DNA from: Candidatus Nanogingivalaceae bacterium
Lineage (GTDB): Bacteria > Patescibacteriota > Saccharimonadia > Saccharimonadales > Saccharimonadaceae
DNA length: 32,000 nt
Direction of reading: 5' to 3'
NCBI GenBank assembly: GCA_015257795.3
Contig: CP072208.2
Coordinates: 300,001 to 332,000, forward strand
In this document: piece after piece, positions 1 through 6,615 of the stretch
Layout: each line of letters begins with the position of its first letter
Position numbering within the stretch: position 1 is the stretch's first letter
Notes under the pieces: model-generated
What the model was told of the DNA's origin: nothing
The model's input: only the letters and a program-made list of their open reading frames with translations
Databases searched by the model: none
Program-made: the position numbers and the translations under genes

Positions 1-1365
1 TCGAACAAGATAGGGACTTTCGAATTTAGAATCATCAAAAGCTTCAATATTTTTATCAATTCGTGTTGGTAAGTTTTCATTTAGTCTGCTTTCGATTTGT
101 TCTGCAATATTTTTAGCAGAATATAAAATTTCACTTCTCGAACGGTAGTTTATTCTTAAATTAATAACTTTTGTATCTTTATAACGATGATAGAAATCGA
201 GCATGTTTGAGCTTTTAGCGCCCTGAAAGGCCATAATTGCCTGGTCGTCATCACCAACAGCTAAAATATTTGGCCGACCATTAAAAATCTCATTGTCCGT
301 GAGAAGTTCAACAAGTCTGCTTTGCGCGGCGTTAGTATCTTGATATTCATCCAAAAGAATAAATTGATATTTTTCTTGAAGCGACAATTTTAATTCTGTT
401 TTTTGCTCGATAGTTTTAATTGTTTCGAGGATCATATCATTATAATCAAACATACCCTTATTATGTAGGGCTTCCTCATATTTTTTGTAAAAATCGGCAA
501 ATTCTTGGATTTTTAAGTTCGTATAAAAATCTTTTGGTAAACGTCCTTTTTCGTTTTTTATTCCGAAAAAATCATTTCGAAAACTAGTGAAAGGTTTTGT
601 TGAGAATTTTTCGGCATTTTTATTTTCTTCAAGAAGTTTTTCAAGCGCTTCGAAAGTGTAAAAAAGATTTGGCTTAACTTTTGGATGAGCTGGCGTTACA
701 TCTTTTAGAACTTCGGCTAGCGCGATAAGGAGATTTTCATAAAATTCAGGAAAAACAGTTTTTTTAGAAATGCCTTTTTCTTCAAGCACAGAAAAATCGA
801 TTTCTTCTTCGTCTAGTTTTTTGAGTAGTTTTTTATCCAATTCAACATTTTGTTTTGCAATTTTTGCTAGCATTTCAGGGGTAATTAACGCCTGTTTTGC
901 ATGTGAAATTGCCGTTGTTAGGCTACTGATATTATCTTTTTTTAGGCGAGAGCTATCATCGAGATTGTTTTTTAAACTCTCTAAAATCTTAAAAATATTT
1001 AAATCATCGGCTAGGCTATCGAGGTCTTTATCTAGAAAATATTCACGATAATTATTGATAATTTCATTTGCAAAACCGTGATATGTGAAAATTCCAATTT
1101 TATACGAATCAGTTCCAATAAATTGCGAAAGACGCTCGCGCATATTTCGGGCACCAGCTTCCGTAAAAGTCATCGCTAGAATATTTTCCGGCGAAGTGTC
1201 GGTTTTTTGCAAAATGTTTGCAATGCGGGTTGAAAGCAATTGAGTCTTTCCCGTTCCTGGCCCCGCAATAACCAAAACTGGCCCCTCAATTGTGTCTACA
1301 GCCTTTTTTTGCTCGGGATTTAACATCTTATACTTTTTTTCGAAAATTTTCTGAAAATCGTTCAT
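1..1365 (-). CDS. UvrD/PcrA/Rep-family SF1 DNA helicase, N-terminal 455 codons (gene runs off the left edge)
   Basis: Absent from the ORF track because it is open at the window edge. Reverse-strand translation from the ATG at 1365-1363 gives MNDFQKIFEKKYKMLNPEQKKAVDTIEGPVLVIAGPGTGKTQLL (Walker A GPGTGKT), then ILLDEYQDTN (motif II) and AVGDDDQAIM (motif III). The frame stays open to base 1. Confidence 0.9.
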   Translation of the reverse strand, partial: MNDFQKIFEKKYKMLNPEQKKAVDTIEGPVLVIAGPGTGKTQLLSTRIANILQKTDTSPENILAMTFTEAGARNMRERLSQFIGTDSYKIGIFTYHGFANEIINNYREYFLDKDLDSLADDLNIFKILESLKNNLDDSSRLKKDNISSLTTAISHAKQALITPEMLAKIAKQNVELDKKLLKKLDEEEIDFSVLEEKGISKKTVFPEFYENLLIALAEVLKDVTPAHPKVKPNLFYTFEALEKLLEENKNAEKFSTKPFTSFRNDFFGIKNEKGRLPKDFYTNLKIQEFADFYKKYEEALHNKGMFDYNDMILETIKTIEQKTELKLSLQEKYQFILLDEYQDTNAAQSRLVELLTDNEIFNGRPNILAVGDDDQAIMAFQGAKSSNMLDFYHRYKDTKVINLRINYRSRSEILYSAKNIAEQIESRLNENLPTRIDKNIEAFDDSKFESPYLVR

Positions 1366-1392
1366 GGCTATATTATACTAAAAAAATAAGCT

Positions 1393-1418
1393 AAAAAAAA
1401 GAAGCTCGTTCGAGCTTC
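1393..1418 (-). terminator. Rho-independent terminator after the 126-aa gene
   Basis: Hairpin gaagctc/gagcttc (1401-1418). The A-run at 1393-1400 is a T-run on the minus strand, directly downstream of the stop at 1427. Confidence 0.6.
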
Positions 1419-1426
1419 GAGAAGTT

Positions 1427-1807
1427 CTATTTGTGATTAAAGACATACTCCATCTTTTTAATAAAATTATTTAGGCTTTTGTTCGCCTCAAGGAATAGTG
1501 TTTTAGTATTAAAACTGTGTAGTTTTTGTTCAACACAGCGTTCGGTAAAAACATTGTTATCAAATGCTAGAACAACAACACGTTTATTCACTAAGATTTC
1601 CAGTTCTGAACTACTTCGTAAAGAAAGACCAAGTTCACTATCTGTGTATTCGATATCGAGCTCAAACTCAAGCTCACCATATTTATAAGTGGCCTTAATC
1701 TTAGATACTGGTTGTACTTCTTCCCGTGTAATTTTAAAACCAGATTTAATTTTAAAACCAGATTGTTCCAATAGCAACTTAATCGTTTTCGTGTCAAATT
1801 TTTTCAT
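1427..1807 (-). CDS. hypothetical small protein (126 aa)
   Basis: Track ORF 1427..1867 trimmed to the internal ATG at 1807 (MKKFDTKTIKLL...) because AGGAGG lies 5 nt upstream of it. No recognisable motif. Confidence 0.6.
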   Translation of the reverse strand: MKKFDTKTIKLLLEQSGFKIKSGFKITREEVQPVSKIKATYKYGELEFELDIEYTDSELGLSLRSSSELEILVNKRVVVLAFDNNVFTERCVEQKLHSFNTKTLFLEANKSLNNFIKKMEYVFNHK

Positions 1808-1865
1808 AAAAACCTCCTGAAAAGTACTATAAAGTAAAATTATAACATTTAAAAGGCGAAAAAAC

Positions 1866-1893
1866 AAGAAAAAACCCGATATAATATCGGGTT
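1866..1893 (-). terminator. Rho-independent terminator after the 152-aa gene
   Basis: Hairpin cccgata/tatcggg (1875-1891). On the minus strand it is followed by a T-run (A-run 1866-1874 on plus). Confidence 0.6.
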
Positions 1894-1902
1894 AGGAATA
1901 AG

Positions 1903-2361
1903 TTAAAACTTGCGACAGTGTTTCTTGAATTCATTCTCGATATCATCAAAGAAATTATTCGCCATTTCTTTGCATTTTTTTAGCAAATCCGTTGTGGCTC
2001 GATTACCAAAATAGTATGTAGTACATGGTACTGTTTCAATGTATTTATCGAAAAAGCGTTTGGTCATCGATAACTTATTATAGCTTTTTGGGTTTTTGAA
2101 GGAATCCTCAGAATCCGGATAGGCTTCAAATTTCAACCAGTTTTTTGAATGATATACGCTAATTCTTAGAGCGTTTCCATTTTTATCGCTTAATTTTGCG
2201 TTCAAATGGATCGAGTTACTACCGTCTGCTGGCGGATTAAAGACTTCTACATCTTCGAATCCCACTTCTTTCAAAGTTTCAAGAAGAAAACTTTCACTGA
2301 AAAAGTTTGCATCCTTATTCTCTTTTTTGTTTAGCAATGTTAACAAATTAAAACTACGCAT
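1903..2361 (-). CDS. hypothetical small protein (152 aa)
   Basis: Complete ORF with GGGAG 7 nt upstream of the ATG. Loosely resembles the neighbouring 126-aa protein (LLExxGF near the N-terminus, NNF-containing C-terminal helix). Confidence 0.6.
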   Translation of the reverse strand: MRSFNLLTLLNKKENKDANFFSESFLLETLKEVGFEDVEVFNPPADGSNSIHLNAKLSDKNGNALRISVYHSKNWLKFEAYPDSEDSFKNPKSYNKLSMTKRFFDKYIETVPCTTYYFGNRATTDLLKKCKEMANNFFDDIENEFKKHCRKF

Positions 2362-2443
2362 GTTAACACTCCCTTCTAAATAAAGTACTTAAGTTTTAAA
2401 ACTTAGTATTTAGATTATACCATAAATAAAATGTCAATAATGC

Positions 2444-3553
2444 TTATATAACAATTCCGCCGCCTAAACAAACTTCGCCAGAATAAAATACAACACTCTG
2501 ACCACTAGTAATAGCGCGTTGTTCATCTGTAAGTTTAATTTTTGCGGTTCCATCGTTTTCGAAAAAGATTTTTGCATTAACAAGCGGCGCGCGGTGGCGA
2601 ATTCGAACTTGAATTTCTGCACCATCTGCAACTTTTTCATTAATCCAATGCAACGCCGAAACGTTAATTTCTTTCGCCCAAAGCTCACCGTTGTTTATGT
2701 CTGTTGTAACAAAAACTTCATTAGTTTGCATATTTTTTCCACAAACATAAAATGGCAAGCCACCACCAATATTTAAGCCGTGGCGTTGGCCTAAGGTGTA
2801 AAAAATTGCTCCGTCGTGCCATCCAAGAACTTCTCCCGTATTTTTATTAATAATTTTGCCGGGTTTTTGTTCAGGAATAAACTGTTTCAAAAAGTCACGA
2901 ATTCCAATTTTGCCAACAAAGCAAATTCCTTGCGAATCTTTCTTGCGAGCAGTAAAAAGACTGCGCTCTTTTGCCATCTCGCGTACTTCTGGCTTAGTGA
3001 AATTGCCGAGCGGAAGCAATGTTCGACCCAAAGCTTCACCGCGTACTCGATATAAGAAATAGGTTTGATCTTTATTTTCGTCTTTGGCGCGTAAAAGTTC
3101 GCCATTTCCGCTTTTCGAAAAATCAAAATGGTCGCCAATATTTTCAGTAAAGGCGTTTCGAACGCCAGCGTAATGCCCAGTCGCAATCAAATCTGCGCCA
3201 TCTTCGAGCGCTGCCTCTAAAAATAGCTTAAACTTAACTTCTTGGTTACACATAATGTCTGGATTCGGTGTGCGACCAATTGCGTACTCGTCGAGCATAT
3301 ATTGAACGACTTTTTCGCGATAATCTTTTTCGAAATCGAAAACTTTAAAATCAATGCCAAGTTGAACAGCAACTCTTTTTGCGTCCGCTAAATCTTCTGC
3401 CCAGGGACATTTCATTCCCGGTAAATCTTGTGTCCAGTTTTTCATATAAACACCTACAACATTATAACCTTGCTCTTTTAAAAGTGCTGCAGTTAAAGAA
3501 GAATCTACACCGCCACTCATTCCAACATATACTTTAATTTTTGACTTATCCAT
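2444..3553 (-). CDS. mnmA: tRNA-specific 2-thiouridylase MnmA
   Basis: 369 aa. N-terminal PP-loop VGMSGGVDSS and conserved blocks (GRTPNPDIMCN, ATGHYA, KDQTYFL, DSQGICFVG) typical of MnmA/TrmU. Confidence 0.93.
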   Translation of the reverse strand: MDKSKIKVYVGMSGGVDSSLTAALLKEQGYNVVGVYMKNWTQDLPGMKCPWAEDLADAKRVAVQLGIDFKVFDFEKDYREKVVQYMLDEYAIGRTPNPDIMCNQEVKFKLFLEAALEDGADLIATGHYAGVRNAFTENIGDHFDFSKSGNGELLRAKDENKDQTYFLYRVRGEALGRTLLPLGNFTKPEVREMAKERSLFTARKKDSQGICFVGKIGIRDFLKQFIPEQKPGKIINKNTGEVLGWHDGAIFYTLGQRHGLNIGGGLPFYVCGKNMQTNEVFVTTDINNGELWAKEINVSALHWINEKVADGAEIQVRIRHRAPLVNAKIFFENDGTAKIKLTDEQRAITSGQSVVFYSGEVCLGGGIVI

Positions 3554-3555
3554 TT

Positions 3556-4170
3556 TTATGCTCCTATATAAAATCTAAAAATTCCAAAAAGTTCACTCAT
3601 TGAAAGATACCATCCGCGTGAATTTGTCCACCAAAGATTACTCCAGTCTGGATCATTTGAGACTGGTGCCGAGATTACTTCAACCCCAGAACCTTCGAGC
3701 GCTTTTTCGAATTCTAATCTTGCCCGTGTTTGGTGGTATTTTGAAGTGGTCAAAACTATTCGTTTATAGCCATTTTGCTTGATGATTTTTGCTGTATATT
3801 GTGCGTTTTGATGAGTGTTTTGGGCTTGTTCTTCGAGAATAATCTCATCTTTTAAAATACCTTGTTTTTGCGCTAAATTCGCCATTTGTTGCGCATCGCT
3901 CAAAACTTTCGGGTTTGAATTTGCGCCAGAGAAAATCAATTTTCGTGCTTGAACAGCTTTAAAAATTTCGATTGCTTCGCGTGTTCGCGAAGATGTGTTC
4001 CCGCCAGAAATCGCAACAACCGCATCAATTTTCTGGGAACATTCGCCATTCTTATAGTTTGGGCAAATTTTAACTAACTGATTTTTATCACTGATAATTA
4101 GTGTTGTGCTAGCAATAAAAACTACAACAATTCCAATAACGATTAAAACCCAAGCAAAAAATTTTGCCAT
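3556..4170 (-). CDS. DUF218 (YdcF/SanA/ElyC-like) protein with N-terminal membrane anchor
   Basis: 204 aa. Hydrophobic N-terminus (FAWVLIVIGIVVVFIAS). DUF218-type pattern AVVAISGGN ... LIFSGA ... QNTHQNAQY ... IVLTTSKYHQTRA. Tightly coupled to both flanking genes (0 and 2 nt gaps). Confidence 0.75.
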   Translation of the reverse strand: MAKFFAWVLIVIGIVVVFIASTTLIISDKNQLVKICPNYKNGECSQKIDAVVAISGGNTSSRTREAIEIFKAVQARKLIFSGANSNPKVLSDAQQMANLAQKQGILKDEIILEEQAQNTHQNAQYTAKIIKQNGYKRIVLTTSKYHQTRARLEFEKALEGSGVEVISAPVSNDPDWSNLWWTNSRGWYLSMSELFGIFRFYIGA

Positions 4171-5346
4171 CTACTTTTTAATCCTTTCGAATTCTGCTCG
4201 AATTGTTTTTGAAATAATTTCGGCCGCGCGTTTAGTGTTTTCTTCATTCGAGAGCGCACCGAAAGAGATTCGTAAACTGCCGTCCGCTTCACTTTCTTTA
4301 AGCCCCATTGCGGTTAGAGTGTGTGAACGTGTTCCTTTATTGGCAGCGCAAGCTGAGCCTGTAGCGACCAAAACTCCTTGCATTTCAAGGGCGAAAACCA
4401 TTCGTTCAGCGTCAATTCCAGGAAACGAAACCGAAACATGGCTCGCGAGTTGCTTTTTGATATTTCCCAAGAAAATCATTTCTTCGTCCGAGAAATTTTC
4501 GCTCAAAATATTTTTAAAAATCTCTTTTAATTTTCGAAGTCGCTCATTTTCTTTTTTGCGATGTTTTTCGGCTAGCTGCATTGCTTTTGCAAAACCAATC
4601 ACACTTGGTACATTCTCGGTTCCGCTACGCAAATTTCGTTCTTGACCACCACCAACAATTTGTGCGTTAAATTGAATTTCACGATTCGCCCACAAAAGGC
4701 CAGTTTGTTTTGGGCCGTAGATTTTTCCGGCATTTAAAGTTAACATATCAACACCAAGTCGCGAAACAGAAATATCAAGTTGGCCAACACCTTGGCTGGC
4801 ATCGGAATGAAGGTAGATTGGCGTCTTTTCACCATTTGAAAGTCGGCGCATTCTTTCTTCGCGAATAATCTCGGCAATTTTCGAAATTGGCTGAATCACG
4901 CCTGTTTCATTATTTGCTAGCATAACAGATACAATCTTTGTTTTTGGTGAGATTTTTGCGCGCAAATCATCAATATCAATCACGCTATCTTTTTTAATTT
5001 TAATTAATTTTCGAACGCCATATTTTTCGGCCGAGTTTAAAACTGCATGGTGTTCAAATTCACCCACGAGAATTTCATCTCCCGCATCTTTCGAGGCTGC
5101 TGAAAATGCTAAATTGATACTTTCGGTTGCACCAGCCGTCATCACGATTTCATCACTTTTTGCACCGATATTTTGCGCAATTAGATGCTTTGCATCCTCG
5201 TAATCCCTTCGAACTTCTAAAGCTTGAACATAGGGTGCGCTCGGGTTATAAAATTTTTCACTAAAATAAGGCAACATTGCAGCCAAAACTTTTTCGCTTA
5301 CTGGTGTTGTTGCAGCGTGATCAAGATAGATAATTTCATTATTCAT
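4171..5346 (-). CDS. cysteine desulfurase (NifS/IscS/YrvO-like class V aminotransferase)
   Basis: 391 aa. LDHAATTP start, HSDASQ, PLP-lysine context LTLNAGKIYGPK, and catalytic-cysteine loop ATGSACAA. Confidence 0.9.
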   Translation of the reverse strand: MNNEIIYLDHAATTPVSEKVLAAMLPYFSEKFYNPSAPYVQALEVRRDYEDAKHLIAQNIGAKSDEIVMTAGATESINLAFSAASKDAGDEILVGEFEHHAVLNSAEKYGVRKLIKIKKDSVIDIDDLRAKISPKTKIVSVMLANNETGVIQPISKIAEIIREERMRRLSNGEKTPIYLHSDASQGVGQLDISVSRLGVDMLTLNAGKIYGPKQTGLLWANREIQFNAQIVGGGQERNLRSGTENVPSVIGFAKAMQLAEKHRKKENERLRKLKEIFKNILSENFSDEEMIFLGNIKKQLASHVSVSFPGIDAERMVFALEMQGVLVATGSACAANKGTRSHTLTAMGLKESEADGSLRISFGALSNEENTKRAAEIISKTIRAEFERIKK

Positions 5347-5353
5347 CTTTAAT

Positions 5354-5382
5354 AGTATAACACATTTTTAAAAAGCTGACAA
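5354..5382 (-). promoter_or_regulatory. sigma70-type promoter placed for a leaderless cysteine desulfurase mRNA
   Basis: Minus strand: TTGTCA (5382-5377), 17-nt spacer, TGt-TATACT (-10 at 5359-5354), then 7 nt to the ATG at 5346. No SD in between. Confidence 0.55.
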
Positions 5383-5385
5383 AAA

Positions 5386-6018
5386 TTATTCTCTATTTTT
5401 TGCTATTTTTTCAGAAGTTTTTAGTGGATTTTTCGACTCTAAAAGTTCTTTAATTTCATTTTTTGAAAGACTTTGGAACCTACCAATTTGAAAGTTATAG
5501 ATTTGAATCTTAGCATCTTTCTGTGGTATTTTTTGCTCTTTACTCCAATTTATAATTTTCGAAAGATTTTCTGGCTTAAAGACAAAACCTTCATAACCGT
5601 AGTTTAAAGAACTAAACGCTAATCTATCGCCAGCTTTAACTGGTTCAGCATTATCTTTTTTGCGCTCTTCTAATAATTCTAAAAAATCTGAAACCGCAAA
5701 CTCTGGATATCCTAGAGCTTCACCATAAAGCCGATGTTTTTCTTCTTCGTTTTCTTTCCAAGAAAGTTTTTGTGCCTGTTTGAATTTCTCGGCGTTTTTA
5801 GGATTTCGAAACAGAAAAATACTATTTCGAATTTTAATTTTTGCTTCATTCTCCTCTAAAACTTCGATCATATTTTTCGAAAAGAACAGTTTAAAAATAG
5901 CAAACCAAATTTTGCCACTAATTCCCGGATTAAAATTCAACCACAATTGTTTTCTTCGATTAGTTAAAAAGGCGTAAAAAGCGTAAAAGTTATAAAATCT
6001 AATTTGAAAATTTTTCAT
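5386..6018 (-). CDS. hypothetical protein (210 aa; start uncertain, alternative ATG at 5871)
   Basis: Long ORF with no recognisable motif. GGAG lies 13 nt upstream of the ATG at 6018. The first ~48 residues are aromatic/hydrophobic, and the internal Met at 5871 (MIEVLEEN...) has no SD. Confidence 0.5.
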   Translation of the reverse strand: MKNFQIRFYNFYAFYAFLTNRRKQLWLNFNPGISGKIWFAIFKLFFSKNMIEVLEENEAKIKIRNSIFLFRNPKNAEKFKQAQKLSWKENEEEKHRLYGEALGYPEFAVSDFLELLEERKKDNAEPVKAGDRLAFSSLNYGYEGFVFKPENLSKIINWSKEQKIPQKDAKIQIYNFQIGRFQSLSKNEIKELLESKNPLKTSEKIAKNRE

Positions 6019-6157
6019 ATTTTTTTTCTAACTCCAACTTATAAAATATTCCATAAAAAGTTTACAATGCTTATATTGTAATTATGAATTTTATTATACA
6101 AAGAAACCAAAAATAATTCAATTTTTAAAATAAATTTCGAAAATATCTATAATTCTC

Positions 6158-6186
6158 TTGACTTAAAAGCAAAAATGTAGTAGAAT
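6158..6186 (+). promoter_or_regulatory. near-consensus sigma70 promoter for the zinc-finger micro-gene
   Basis: TTGACT (6158-6163), 17-nt spacer, TAGAAT (6181-6186). Confidence 0.6.
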
Positions 6187-6263
6187 ATTAAACACTAAGC
6201 TTAAATTTAAAAAATTGCGGAAACAATTCTAAGCTTTGAACTTTTATAGAAAGAGGTGTAAAA

Positions 6264-6410
6264 ATGGGTATTTTCTCTATTACCGAAGAGACTGTTGAAT
6301 GTAAGCACTGTAAAGGAAGTGGTGAGGTTACGATCAATGGTTTTATGTGCTTTTACAGCCGACATCCGTGCAAGAAATGCAATGGGTCGGGTAAGATCCA
6401 AAAAACATAA
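6264..6410 (+). CDS. small (48 aa) DnaJ-type zinc-finger protein with two CxxCxGxG motifs; not in the ORF track (below size cutoff)
   Basis: ATG at 6264 preceded by AAGAGGTG 5 nt upstream. Translation: MGIFSITEETVECKHCKGSGEVTINGFMCFYSRHPCKKCNGSGKIQKT, stop TAA 6408-6410. CKHCKGSG and CKKCNGSG match the CxxCxGxG repeat of the DnaJ cysteine-rich domain. Confidence 0.7.
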   Translation: MGIFSITEETVECKHCKGSGEVTINGFMCFYSRHPCKKCNGSGKIQKT

Positions 6411-6522
6411 ACGCTGTATAATAAATACTTCATAATGACTAATGTATAAAAAACTTCATAAACTTCATAAAGCTTTTTAACACGAAATAAAGTATACCTT
6501 ATAATCTATACCTAAAGATAAG

Positions 6523-6546
6523 GAGCCGTTTCCCGCGGCTCTTTTA
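6523..6546 (+). terminator. Rho-independent terminator ending the micro-gene transcript
   Basis: GC-rich hairpin gagccg/cggctc (6523-6541) followed by tttt. Confidence 0.55.
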
Positions 6547-6561
6547 AAATGTTTAAATTTA

Positions 6562-6570
6562 TGCTAAAAT
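6562..6570 (+). promoter_or_regulatory. extended -10 element (TGcTAAAAT) upstream of the ABC exporter operon
   Basis: TGcTAAAAT at 6562-6570. Weak -35 (TTTTAA 6542-6547). About 40-nt leader with AAAGGA before the ATG at 6616. Confidence 0.4.
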
Positions 6571-6615
6571 ATTAAAATCGCTTAAAAATCTATAAACTAT
6601 AAAAAGAAAGGAATT

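Noticed and set aside
4106-4645. 179-aa plus-strand ORF and many other 60-100-aa track ORFs nested in or antisense to larger genes (e.g. 770..1051, 2519..2776, 9902..10189, 15711..15974, 20111..20590, 23393..24163, 25873..26157)
   Set aside because: Each lies within a longer gene whose product has clear conserved motifs. They have low-complexity translations and no start signals, so they are typical shadow ORFs.
6207-6401. 64-aa minus-strand ORF from the track
   Set aside because: It has no SD or promoter and an odd composition. It lies exactly antisense to a plus-strand micro-ORF that has a promoter, an SD, a recognisable CxxCxGxG x2 motif and a terminator.
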